From: a virus
Lineage: Duplodnaviria; Heunggongvirae; Uroviricota; Caudoviricetes
IMG/VR virus record: IMGVR_UViG_3300051215_000059
Reading direction: 5' to 3' (one strand)
Length of the DNA: 64,000 nt
Shown here: in pieces, positions 10,139-18,769 of the stretch
Layout of the letters: every line of letters begins with the position of its first letter
Position numbering within the stretch: the first letter of the stretch is position 1
The notes under the pieces: model-generated
Database searches by the model: none
The model's input: the letters and a program-made list of their open reading frames with translations, nothing else
What the model was told of the DNA's origin: nothing
Translations under genes and position numbers: made by a program

Positions 10139-10644
10139 GAAACGAAAGGGATTATTATCAAACTCCATTGAAAGCGATAGAACCTTTGGTTACGCATTTA
10201 CCAGACACATTCACCTTTGCGGAACCTTGTGCTGGAGATGGAAGGCTAATTCAACATATTGCAAAACTAACAAACAATGGCGGCGTTGCTACTTTTATGT
10301 GTGACGTTGATCCGCAGGAAGATTGGATTATGGTTGGCGATGCATTAGAGGCAGTCATACCAGAAACCGTTGATTATATCATAACAAATCCACCTTGGGA
10401 TAGAAAGTTGCTTCATCCACTAATTGAACGATTTGCGATGATAAAACCAACTTGGCTATTGTTTGATGCTGACTGGATGCATACGATGCAGAGCATTCCA
10501 TATATGCCCTGGTGCGAAAAGATTGTTTCTGTTGGTCGCGTCAAGTGGATAGAAGGATCGACATCAGTCGGTAAGGATAATGCGGCATGGTATCTGTTTG
10601 ATGCTAACCATATTGGAGAAACTGCATTTTATGGCAGAACATAA
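10114..10644 (+). CDS. DNA adenine methyltransferase, small phage type
   Basis: DYYQTP, motif I EPCAGDG, motif IV ITNPPW. ATG at 10114 follows GGAG. Confidence 0.8.
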   Translation: MGKRSDFVRNERDYYQTPLKAIEPLVTHLPDTFTFAEPCAGDGRLIQHIAKLTNNGGVATFMCDVDPQEDWIMVGDALEAVIPETVDYIITNPPWDRKLLHPLIERFAMIKPTWLLFDADWMHTMQSIPYMPWCEKIVSVGRVKWIEGSTSVGKDNAAWYLFDANHIGETAFYGRT

Positions 10645-10667
10645 AAAGACCCTTCGGGGTCTTTTTT
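10638..10667 (+). repeat. 30-bp direct repeat copy 1, containing a UUCG terminator
   Basis: AACATAAAAAGACCCTTCGGGGTCTTTTTT, identical to 11774-11803. Confidence 0.9.
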
Positions 10668-10724
10668 TATTGACACGATAAGAAAAATGTTGTATTTTTG
10701 TTTGTATTGTAAATAGGAGATAGC

Positions 10725-11780
10725 ATGGGAAAAAATAATATGGAACACCCCGCATTCGTGTACCTTTGGCAAGACGCCAGAACAAAACCTTACATGTATT
10801 ACCTTGGCTATCACAAAGGTCATCCAGATGATGACTATACGCATTCCTCTACGGTGTTTGAATCTTTTACAAAAAACGCCATTCCGAGGGGAGTGACCAG
10901 AAGAATAATTGCCACTGGGTCAAATGACGATATGATTGCGTTGGAAACAAAACTTCTAAAAAATCGTAAAGAAAAACGATGGCAACAGTATTATAATATG
11001 AACGCTAACGAATACCCATATATGTGGGACGATCCAGAATATCGTTTAATGCAATCTGAGCAGATGTCTGAACAAATGAAGAAGCGATGGGAAGACCCAG
11101 AATACCGAGCACAGAAATCTGAAAGGTCGAAACAGCAATTGAAGAAGTTATGGGAAGACCCAGAGTATCGTGCACGGCAATCCGAAAAGTCAAAGAAGCA
11201 ATGGAGCGACCCGGATTTTCGTGCAAAGCAATCGGTATCGGTAAAGAAGTTATGGAAAGACCCAGAGTATCGTGAAATGAAATCCGATTTAACAAAGAAG
11301 CAATGGGAAAACCCACAATACCGAGCACAGCAATCCGAAAAGTTTAGACAGCAAGTCAAAAAGAAATGGGAAGACCCACAATACCGAGCACAGCAATCCG
11401 AAAGGTCAAAAAATCAATTTAAGAAGCTATGGGAAGACCCACAATACCGAGCACAGCAATCCGAAAGGTCAAAAAATCAGTGGAAAGACCCAGAATACCG
11501 AGCACAACAATCCGAAAAGTGTAGACAGCAATGGAAAGACCCAGAGTATCGTGCAAAGCAATCCGAAAAGTCTAGACAGAAAGCCAAGAAGCGATGGGAA
11601 GACCCAGAATACCGAGCACTGCAATCCGAAAGGTCAAAAAATCAATTTAAGAAGCTATGGGAAGACCCAGAGTATCGTGCACGGCAATCCGAAAAGCATA
11701 CTTGCACCGTATGTGGCCATGTTAGTAATAAGTCGAGTATTGCGCGATGGCATAATGATAACTGTAGGTATAAAACATAA
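10725..11780 (+). CDS. GIY-YIG (Seg-like) endonuclease with 12 WxDPxYR repeats and a C-terminal Cys/His finger
   Basis: FVYLW...YYLGYHKG N-terminus, tandem repeats, CTVC...WHNDNC end. Confidence 0.75.
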   Translation: MGKNNMEHPAFVYLWQDARTKPYMYYLGYHKGHPDDDYTHSSTVFESFTKNAIPRGVTRRIIATGSNDDMIALETKLLKNRKEKRWQQYYNMNANEYPYMWDDPEYRLMQSEQMSEQMKKRWEDPEYRAQKSERSKQQLKKLWEDPEYRARQSEKSKKQWSDPDFRAKQSVSVKKLWKDPEYREMKSDLTKKQWENPQYRAQQSEKFRQQVKKKWEDPQYRAQQSERSKNQFKKLWEDPQYRAQQSERSKNQWKDPEYRAQQSEKCRQQWKDPEYRAKQSEKSRQKAKKRWEDPEYRALQSERSKNQFKKLWEDPEYRARQSEKHTCTVCGHVSNKSSIARWHNDNCRYKT

Positions 11781-11803
11781 AAAGACCCTTCGGGGTCTTT
11801 TTT
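11774..11803 (+). repeat. 30-bp direct repeat copy 2, containing a UUCG terminator
   Basis: Identical to 10638-10667; both copies are followed by TTGACA. Confidence 0.9.
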
Positions 11804-11804
11804 G

Positions 11805-11833
11805 TTGACAAGAGAAACGAATCGTTATATAGT
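11805..11833 (+). promoter_or_regulatory. Early promoter with spacer CGAATCG
   Basis: TTGACA-N17-TATAGT, with GAATC at 11819-11823. Confidence 0.8.
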
Positions 11834-11851
11834 CATTCTGTAATCAAGAGG

Positions 11852-12232
11852 ATGATGAACATGACGACTTGGACCTATCTCCTGAAAGCTGAACGTGGCG
11901 CAGTCAATAGCGGCAAAGACATTACTTACTTCGTCACCAAGGTTGAAGTTCATCCTCACACCCACCCGCTATACATTCAGCGTTGCATCAAAGAACAAGC
12001 CGAAAGTCTTGGACTCGGTGTGAAAGATGGTTTTTATGAAACTATGGTTTCTGCTTGGAGTGAAGATTTTGACACGATTATCGCTGAACGAGAAAAAATG
12101 ATGGCTCATTATGAGTCTCGCAAAAAAGAGTTTCCGATGTATTACTACCCTATTGTTGAAGCTCTGAAACAAATCAAAGAAGCAAAACGTATTGTAGAAG
12201 AAGGATTGATTGTAAATGCCGAAGTTCTCTGA
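11852..12232 (+). CDS. Early hypothetical protein
   Basis: GAGG RBS downstream of an early promoter. Confidence 0.7.
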   Translation: MMNMTTWTYLLKAERGAVNSGKDITYFVTKVEVHPHTHPLYIQRCIKEQAESLGLGVKDGFYETMVSAWSEDFDTIIAEREKMMAHYESRKKEFPMYYYPIVEALKQIKEAKRIVEEGLIVNAEVL

Positions 12233-12611
12233 AAATGTGATTCACACCGCCATCAACTTCATTCGGTCCATTGAGTCCGAATTGGGAAGTTTGGGACAAG
12301 ACAAAGTTTTTGCGATGCTGGACGCATTCGATCCAGAACTTCGCGATGACATTTTGATGACACTTTTCATTGAGGATGACAATCTTCCAGTGAACGTGTA
12401 TGTTCGGAAAAATCCAAACTTCACGGGGCAGTATCAGAAAATCAACGCAATCAAAGAGATTCGCGCAGCAAGTGGCTATGGCCTGAAGCAAGCAAAGGAC
12501 GTGACCGATGCCGCCGACCTGTCGCAGATTGCATTGGTTGAAGTTGTTGGATACGAAAAGAAGCGAAGCCTCATCAACGGATTGATTGGAACTGGATACG
12601 AGGTAGTCTAA
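12216..12611 (+). CDS. Protein with ribosomal bL12 (L7/L12) C-terminal-like domain
   Basis: KINAIKEIRAASGYGLKQAKDVTDAA resembles the bL12 CTD motif KIxVIKxVRxxTGLGLKEAKDLV. Confidence 0.7.
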   Translation: MPKFSENVIHTAINFIRSIESELGSLGQDKVFAMLDAFDPELRDDILMTLFIEDDNLPVNVYVRKNPNFTGQYQKINAIKEIRAASGYGLKQAKDVTDAADLSQIALVEVVGYEKKRSLINGLIGTGYEVV

Positions 12612-12612
12612 T

Positions 12613-12906
12613 ATGGGATATTCGCCAGCAGTTCCAAGTTATGTGGAGTTCATCCAAGACTTCTTTTACGCCAAGATCAAGCATAAAAAATACACAACAA
12701 AAGAAGTCTTTTGTCTGAATCCATTTCATAGGTGTCCGATTACTGGAAATCGTCAGTTTTGGAAGAAGTCACTCCGTATTCGCATCGTGGGTGAAAAAAC
12801 CACATTTATGTGCGAACAGCATCAGTTTGAGCAATATCTATTTTTGACTGATTTTGACAGTCCCCTTGGAAATAGATATGCTGCATACAAAAAAATATCC
12901 TATTGA
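12613..12906 (+). CDS. Hypothetical protein
   Basis: ORF in the operon with coupled spacing. Confidence 0.55.
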   Translation: MGYSPAVPSYVEFIQDFFYAKIKHKKYTTKEVFCLNPFHRCPITGNRQFWKKSLRIRIVGEKTTFMCEQHQFEQYLFLTDFDSPLGNRYAAYKKISY

Positions 12907-12931
12907 CATTCCAACCGAATCACTATATACA
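12903..12931 (+). promoter_or_regulatory. Early promoter with spacer CGAATCA
   Basis: TTGACA-N17-TATACA, with GAATC at 12917-12921. Confidence 0.85.
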
Positions 12932-12958
12932 TAGTCTGTAGTCAGCAAGGAGAGAGAC

Positions 12959-13288
12959 ATGACCGACACTGAACTTTTCGCCAAGATTGATGCCTTCCGT
13001 GCGGTTCAAGATCGTGAAGGTTTCTCCACTGTTTGGAGCATTCACGAAGTTACTGACATTGAAGACAAGGTTCCGTTGAAAAACCAAGTCGGTCGCAAGG
13101 TTGTTTTCAACTATTGGGATAAAAACTTCAACGATAAAAAGGTTGAAACCACCATCAAAGGTGAAACTTGGCTTGATATGTGGCGGGCCGCAAACGAACT
13201 TGTAGTGACCAGCGGCGACTTTCATATCTTTGTTGAAAACTTTGTTATGCAAGAGGACGGTTCGTTTGAACTGATTTGCGGTAGCTAA
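12959..13288 (+). CDS. Early hypothetical protein
   Basis: AAGGAGAG RBS after the promoter. Confidence 0.75.
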   Translation: MTDTELFAKIDAFRAVQDREGFSTVWSIHEVTDIEDKVPLKNQVGRKVVFNYWDKNFNDKKVETTIKGETWLDMWRAANELVVTSGDFHIFVENFVMQEDGSFELICGS

Positions 13289-13584
13289 TGACAACCAATC
13301 TCCCATTTGAAGTAAAACGCCTTGACGGGCGTTTTACTCACTTCTATAAGTATCATTTTCGATATTATCTTCATTTTGAACACTACGAAAAAAAAGTAGT
13401 AGACACGATTGAAAGCTATTTGAAATCCACATACGGTAACTCTTGGCCAGGAACGTCTTCTTGGTCTGGAAATATAAAAAGACAGGCTGGATGGGATGCA
13501 CAGTTTCCCAACAAAAAGTCTACTGCATATCGCATTTATTTGCGTGACGAAGACATGTTGAACTATGTTATGATGATTTTGTAG
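13288..13584 (+). CDS. Hypothetical protein
   Basis: TAATG coupling to the upstream ORF. Confidence 0.65.
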   Translation: MTTNLPFEVKRLDGRFTHFYKYHFRYYLHFEHYEKKVVDTIESYLKSTYGNSWPGTSSWSGNIKRQAGWDAQFPNKKSTAYRIYLRDEDMLNYVMMIL

Positions 13585-13613
13585 TTGACAAACATCTCGA
13601 ATCACTATATACA
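13585..13613 (+). promoter_or_regulatory. Early promoter with spacer CGAATCA
   Basis: TTGACA-N17-TATACA, with GAATC at 13599-13603. Confidence 0.85.
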
Positions 13614-13645
13614 TAAACAGTAGTCAGAAAGAGAGAGGAAATCAA

Positions 13646-14071
13646 ATGGCCTATATGTCTCAAGAAATGAAAAAAGAACTCGCTCCCGCTATCAAAGCTG
13701 TGCTGAAAAAGTATGGCGTGAAAGGCAGCATTTCGGTTGACCATCACTCGTCTCTGGTTGTGACCCTCAAAGAAGGTGTCCTTGACTTCATCGGTCAAGC
13801 CAATACCGACAACAAGGAAGTTGCTGAACGGCGCGGTGAGCGGTTCTACGAAGTCAAAGGCAACTATCAAGCGAATCCTTACTACGCGCATGAAAGCGGA
13901 AACAAGAAGATTGGTTCTTTCTTCAAAGAACTGGTCGCCGCTATGAATGGCAAGGGTTCTAAAGTTGCCAATCACGACAACTCCGATATTATGACCGACT
14001 ACTTTGACGTTGGGTGGTATGTCAACATCAATGTTGGTAAATGGGACAAGCCCTACGTTCTGGTAAAATGA
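13646..14071 (+). CDS. Early hypothetical protein
   Basis: GAGAGG RBS after the promoter; biased codon usage. Confidence 0.8.
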   Translation: MAYMSQEMKKELAPAIKAVLKKYGVKGSISVDHHSSLVVTLKEGVLDFIGQANTDNKEVAERRGERFYEVKGNYQANPYYAHESGNKKIGSFFKELVAAMNGKGSKVANHDNSDIMTDYFDVGWYVNINVGKWDKPYVLVK

Positions 14072-14304
14072 TGCAACCTAAACGACTTCAATGGTCCGAA
14101 TCTGGCGATGGAAAAACGATTGCTGCTCCATCGCCTTGTATCGCAGACAACTATCTTGTCATCGTTGAACGGGATGGTATGTATCATATGAACTGGACAT
14201 ATGGGCCAGTAAACACCCTTTATACTGCTAAAGCACTTGGCAGATACTTTCATGAACGTGGTCTTGCTGACCTTTACTCACAATGGCTTGAATAAGGAAA
14301 CAAA

Positions 14305-14484
14305 ATGAAATATGCTATTCTTCTGTCTGTTCTTGCTCTTTCTGCCTGTTCTGCAATGATAACGCCTGAACAGATTGAAATTCGAAACGAGCAAGATCGT
14401 CTCAATCATGAACGATACTTGCAATCGTTGTATGACCCCGAATACCTCGCTGACTGTGAATATTATGAAATGGAATGCGAATGA
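14305..14484 (+). CDS. Small lipoprotein (59 aa)
   Basis: MKYAILLSVLALSAC: signal peptide with lipobox LSAC, AAGGA RBS. Below the ORF-track length cut-off. Confidence 0.7.
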   Translation: MKYAILLSVLALSACSAMITPEQIEIRNEQDRLNHERYLQSLYDPEYLADCEYYEMECE

Positions 14485-14663
14485 TTCCAAACACTTGGAA
14501 ATATGGGGCGCTGGAAAACCGCATTCATGCGATTGATATTGCTATCAGAAATCTTTCGCATACCAAATCGCCATTGGGACGCTGGCCATCAGTGGAACAA
14601 TTGCAAAAGCTAAAATCAGAACTTCAACAAGTTCAAGATTGTATCAACGAAGCAAAAGGATAA
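14475..14663 (+). CDS. Hypothetical protein
   Basis: Overlaps the upstream stop; operon context. Confidence 0.5.
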   Translation: MRMIPNTWKYGALENRIHAIDIAIRNLSHTKSPLGRWPSVEQLQKLKSELQQVQDCINEAKG

Positions 14664-14667
14664 TATT

Positions 14668-15084
14668 ATGGGAACTCGTAGCCGTATCGCAAAAGTAAAC
14701 GAAGATGGAACTGTAAAGTCTATCTATTGCCATTGGGATGGGTATCCGTCCAATAACGGCGTTCTTCTGTTTGACAACTACCAAGACCCTGACAAGATTG
14801 ATGCTCTTTTGGCATTGGGTGATATCAGTTCTCTTGATGCCGAGATTGGAGAGAAGCATGATTTTGACAATGCACCAAAAGGTGTGGTAAACGCTTACGG
14901 TCGTGACCGTGGTGAAACCGATATCGAAGCACGTGTTGACGCTGACCTTCTTGATTTTGTTTCTAAAATCGGAGAGTCTTGGGAAGAATATTCTTATGTT
15001 TACACGCTTGATGGTGAATGGGTTTGCTATGAAGGGACGAAAGGTCCGATTCCTCTGGATGAAGCCATCAAAAAAGACTCATAA
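14668..15084 (+). CDS. Early hypothetical protein (YCHWDGYP motif)
   Basis: AAGGA RBS; MGTRSRI...YCHWDGYP. Confidence 0.75.
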   Translation: MGTRSRIAKVNEDGTVKSIYCHWDGYPSNNGVLLFDNYQDPDKIDALLALGDISSLDAEIGEKHDFDNAPKGVVNAYGRDRGETDIEARVDADLLDFVSKIGESWEEYSYVYTLDGEWVCYEGTKGPIPLDEAIKKDS

Positions 15085-15090
15085 ATGTTC

Positions 15091-15119
15091 TTGACATTTC
15101 AAAGAATCACTGTTATATC
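15091..15119 (+). promoter_or_regulatory. Early promoter with GAATC shifted by 1 nt
   Basis: TTGACA-N17-TATATC, with GAATC at 15104-15108. Confidence 0.65.
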
Positions 15120-15141
15120 AAGAACATAAGGAGAAAAAAAG

Positions 15142-15351
15142 ATGGACATGGAAACTGCAATCGCCATTCTTGGCATCAACAGAACTCGCGACAATGATCT
15201 TCGCCCTATGGTGAAAGCACTTGAACTGTTTTCTGTGCTGAACACACCAGAAGAAGTTGAACGTCTGGAAGCCGCGAAGTATGTGCTTCGTCGGTGGAAA
15301 ACATATCAGGCGGAATGTAATCTTCGCCGTAGTATGCGGGGGATTGCATAA
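15142..15351 (+). CDS. Early hypothetical protein
   Basis: AAGGAG RBS. Confidence 0.7.
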   Translation: MDMETAIAILGINRTRDNDLRPMVKALELFSVLNTPEEVERLEAAKYVLRRWKTYQAECNLRRSMRGIA

Positions 15352-15611
15352 TGATCAAAACTTCTGCACCATCTATCGAAGATTGCCTTGCAAGAAAATG
15401 GCCAGTATATGTTGCTTATCGAGAATCTGATAAAGAGATTGTCGGTTACTGGCCATTTGGTGAAACCTTTGCCCGTGAAGCTGCACAAGCACGAAACAAC
15501 AAAGAGGGTCCGCTGTCATACAATTATGCCAAGTGGGATAGGTATTTGTTTGTTCTTGAACGGCACGAAAGGCATCTGGAACAACTGGAAGAAATTTCTA
15601 GGCGACTGTAA
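15351..15611 (+). CDS. Hypothetical protein
   Basis: TAATG coupling; followed by a terminator. Confidence 0.65.
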   Translation: MIKTSAPSIEDCLARKWPVYVAYRESDKEIVGYWPFGETFAREAAQARNNKEGPLSYNYAKWDRYLFVLERHERHLEQLEEISRRL

Positions 15612-15612
15612 T

Positions 15613-15638
15613 AGTAAAGCCCTTCGGGGCTTTACTTT
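15613..15638 (+). terminator. Intrinsic terminator, UUCG loop
   Basis: AGTAAAGCCC-TTCG-GGGCTTTACT. Confidence 0.8.
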
Positions 15639-15691
15639 GTTCGAACTATATGGTATTGTATACCGTAATCTTTGATTCTCTAAGGAATAAT

Positions 15692-16237
15692 ATGAACATC
15701 TTCCGTCTTGATAATGACCCAGTAGTAGCTGCTCAACTCCAATGCGACAAGCATGTGGTGAAGATGATTGTGGAAAGCGCACAGATGCTTTCCACTGTGC
15801 ATCGTATGTTGGATGGAAATCTTACTACTCGTCAATCTGCGAATGGTCGTAAGACCAGCTATTGGATGCACCCACAAGACGATGTGCTATATCGTGCAGT
15901 CCATCACAATCACCCTTCTACGGTATGGACTCGTGAAAGCAAAGCTAACTATGAATGGCATTATGCTCATTTCATTGGGCTGTGTCAGGAATATGAATAC
16001 CGATACAACAAGACCCATGCTACTTACGAAAAGTTGCATACTGCTCTTGCGTTTACTCCAAAAAATATTCCTGATATTGGCGAAACTCCATTCAAACTGG
16101 CAATGGGTGCAAATCCAGAATGTCAGTTCCCCGATGACCCAGTAAAGTCTTATCGTATGTTCTACCAGACCAAACAAGATCGTTTCAAGATGGTTTGGAC
16201 CAATCGCCCTGTTCCAGAGTGGTTCAGTGTAAAATAA
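15692..16237 (+). CDS. Pyrimidine dimer glycosylase/endonuclease V-like family protein
   Basis: MNIFRLD...CDKHVVKMIVESAQMLST...HHNHPSTVW. ATG at 15692 follows AAGGA. Confidence 0.65.
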   Translation: MNIFRLDNDPVVAAQLQCDKHVVKMIVESAQMLSTVHRMLDGNLTTRQSANGRKTSYWMHPQDDVLYRAVHHNHPSTVWTRESKANYEWHYAHFIGLCQEYEYRYNKTHATYEKLHTALAFTPKNIPDIGETPFKLAMGANPECQFPDDPVKSYRMFYQTKQDRFKMVWTNRPVPEWFSVK

Positions 16238-16248
16238 AGGAAAACAAA

Positions 16249-16656
16249 ATGAAATATCGTGTATCCGCCGCAGAACGTTGGTCGTTCTGGGAAACTTATG
16301 CAGTAAAGAACGCCAATGATGTGGTCATCGAGTTGGAGATTTGTTGCAAGTATGGTTCAATTATTGTTGACGTTCCAGAAGGATATGAGTTCGGAGAATC
16401 GTTCAGCACCGATGAATTTGATAGCGACCAATATCAAATCGAAGAAACGGGCGATGAAAGCCTTGAAGGTTGGGATATTTTTGGACTATCTGACGAAGAA
16501 GAACAAAAACTTCGTGAGGAACTTGAAGCACAATATGATCCAGAAAGTGATGATTACTACGATTTCCGAGAGTATCTTGAACTAAACGGTTGGGAGTTCA
16601 CGGATTACAGTGTCAGCATTCCCTCAATTGAGGTAGAACCTTATCCATATGAGTGA
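16249..16656 (+). CDS. Acidic hypothetical protein
   Basis: AAGGA RBS before ATG 16249. Confidence 0.65.
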   Translation: MKYRVSAAERWSFWETYAVKNANDVVIELEICCKYGSIIVDVPEGYEFGESFSTDEFDSDQYQIEETGDESLEGWDIFGLSDEEEQKLREELEAQYDPESDDYYDFREYLELNGWEFTDYSVSIPSIEVEPYPYE

Positions 16657-17452
16657 TATAATCCAAGAGGATTGTATCTTGGGAATGAAGAAGCTGGACG
16701 CAGAATCTATTGATATCTGCGTCACTTCCCCTCCATATAATCTAAACATTCAATATGGACAATACAAAGACAACCAACCAAGAGAGAATTACCTTTCATG
16801 GTTGAATGACGTATTTGTAGAAGTCAAGCGAGTTCTCAAACCAAACGGTCATTTCTTTCTCAACATGGGATATTCTAATATTGACCCTTGGGTCGGAATG
16901 GATGTTGCAAATGTGGCAAGGTCGCATTATGTTTTGCAAAATAACATCACATGGGTAAAGAGTATATATGTAGATGGCAAAACATCTGGCCACTTCAAGC
17001 CAATCAACAGCAAAAGATTTTCCAATCCAACTTGGGAACACTTATTTCATTTCACCAAGAAAGGTGATGTAGAAGTAGATAAGTTGGCGGTTGGCGTTCC
17101 ATACGAATGGAAATCAAATATTGAACGCTTTGACCAAGCGGGAGACTTGCGATGCAGGGGAAACACATGGTTTGTTCCATACGATACCATTGCCAACAGA
17201 AAGAAGCATCGTGGCAACCATCCAGCTACGTTTCCAGTTGAGTTGGTTGAAATGTGCATAAAGTTTTCTGGTGTGAAATCTGGAACGTTGCTTGACCCGT
17301 TTATGGGTTCTGGGACATCTGCAATTGCTGCTATGAAATGTCACATAGAATATATTGGATACGAGATTGATTCCGATTATTTTTTGTTTGCAAATGATAG
17401 AATCATGGAGTATAACATGTCTAAACCGTCATCACTGATTGAGATTCTATAA
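16649..17452 (+). CDS. DNA N4-cytosine/N6-adenine methyltransferase (beta class)
   Basis: Motif IV VTSPPY, HPATFP, motif I LDPFMGSGT. Confidence 0.9.
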   Translation: MSDIIQEDCILGMKKLDAESIDICVTSPPYNLNIQYGQYKDNQPRENYLSWLNDVFVEVKRVLKPNGHFFLNMGYSNIDPWVGMDVANVARSHYVLQNNITWVKSIYVDGKTSGHFKPINSKRFSNPTWEHLFHFTKKGDVEVDKLAVGVPYEWKSNIERFDQAGDLRCRGNTWFVPYDTIANRKKHRGNHPATFPVELVEMCIKFSGVKSGTLLDPFMGSGTSAIAAMKCHIEYIGYEIDSDYFLFANDRIMEYNMSKPSSLIEIL

Positions 17453-18057
17453 TGAGCACATATCAAAAACTTGTTCCGTTAATTCAACGTAGACTAGAAC
17501 TACACCACCAACTATATTCTGGGCAGTGCAAAGCTGAACTATGGGAAGAAAAGTCTGCATGGGCATTACGTCAAGCAGGGTTTGGAAGTGATTGGAAACC
17601 AGACTTCAACCATGCGGTGGGTGTAGACCAATATACCAATGATGGGGTTGCCATTAGCAACAAGGGTGGCAAGATGAACGCGAATAATACGCTTATGACC
17701 ATCAGTGGTTCGCGTCTTACACAACATAAAACCATTCAAGAGAAACTTGAGTTTTTGAAATCTAAACCAGAACAGTTTGTTTTTTGTCTGGCAACCAACA
17801 ATAAAGAATGGCAGCAAGACCTGAAACGATACTATTTTGTGGTGGTTGATGCTAAGAAACTGGACTATCATAATCAGGAATGGATTCCTACATATCCACA
17901 AAAGGGCGGCGACGCTCCAAATGGATATAAATGCGATGCTGGCAAGTTTCGTGCGAAGATTACCAAGTCAATGTCTGACCAAATCTGGACCGATATTTCT
18001 TCTGACCTTTTTGAAGAATTTTACCAGATTGATGTTGAAACTCAACCGATTTTGTAA
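17452..18057 (+). CDS. Hypothetical protein, possible PD-(D/E)xK restriction-like nuclease
   Basis: TAATG-coupled to the MTase. ELWEE...GVD...ISNK resembles a Type II REase catalytic layout. Confidence 0.45.
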   Translation: MSTYQKLVPLIQRRLELHHQLYSGQCKAELWEEKSAWALRQAGFGSDWKPDFNHAVGVDQYTNDGVAISNKGGKMNANNTLMTISGSRLTQHKTIQEKLEFLKSKPEQFVFCLATNNKEWQQDLKRYYFVVVDAKKLDYHNQEWIPTYPQKGGDAPNGYKCDAGKFRAKITKSMSDQIWTDISSDLFEEFYQIDVETQPIL

Positions 18058-18062
18058 TAAAA

Positions 18063-18112
18063 ATCCCATTTACACGCGGTATTAGATAAATAATAATACA
18101 AGTAAATGGGAT
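18063..18112 (+). promoter_or_regulatory. RBS-sequestering hairpin with late promoter GATAAATA in its loop
   Basis: ATCCCATTTAC/GTAAATGGGAT 11-bp stem, inner GTATTA/TAATAC stem, loop at 18085-18093. Confidence 0.75.
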
Positions 18113-18118
18113 AATAAT

Positions 18119-18769
18119 ATGAAACAAGTAAATGAAGCTGAAATATGCCAATACTATCTTGAACATTTGGTGAGTTTGCGGGATGTTTCCCGTGCGTATG
18201 AGATTGATCATCATCGAGTGAAACGTATATTGACTGATGGCGGGGTGTATGATAGTCAACGAAAAGTTCCGTCTGTTCGTGATCCTTCTGCTACGAAGAA
18301 GGGTGTAGAAACCAGAAAACGCAACGGGTCTTATATCGCACACAACAAAGGGAAACAAGCATCAGAAGATCAACGGCGTTTGAATATGAAAGCTAAGATG
18401 AAAACTGGAATAGACTTGTCGGTATATGAAGATTACGATAGACTGCTATTTCTGACCAGATACTTGGCGAAACACAAGACATATTTTGATTCTGACGAAA
18501 AAAGAAAATCGTTTCTGGATAAGTTTTATGTTGACGAGCAGTTCCTAATGATATACAATGTCTGGATACAAGATAAAGAAAACAAATGGCTGCGTCCTTC
18601 GTTGGACCATAAAACCCCAAAAAGTGTGGGCGGATCATTTGACTTGGAAAATCTACAGTTTTTGACTTGGTTTGAAAACCGAGCGAAAGCTGACATGTCC
18701 GAAGAAGAATGGAAGTTATTCAAGGACACAACTAACACCGAATCAGATTACTTTATAAGGAAACAATAA
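18119..18769 (+). CDS. HNH endonuclease
   Basis: RPSLDHKTPKSVGG...ENLQFLTWFENRAK. Confidence 0.8.
   Translation: MKQVNEAEICQYYLEHLVSLRDVSRAYEIDHHRVKRILTDGGVYDSQRKVPSVRDPSATKKGVETRKRNGSYIAHNKGKQASEDQRRLNMKAKMKTGIDLSVYEDYDRLLFLTRYLAKHKTYFDSDEKRKSFLDKFYVDEQFLMIYNVWIQDKENKWLRPSLDHKTPKSVGGSFDLENLQFLTWFENRAKADMSEEEWKLFKDTTNTESDYFIRKQ

Noticed and set aside
11025-11700. CRISPR-like repeat array
   Set aside because: The repeats are in-frame coding units with degenerate copies and no unique spacers; no cas genes.
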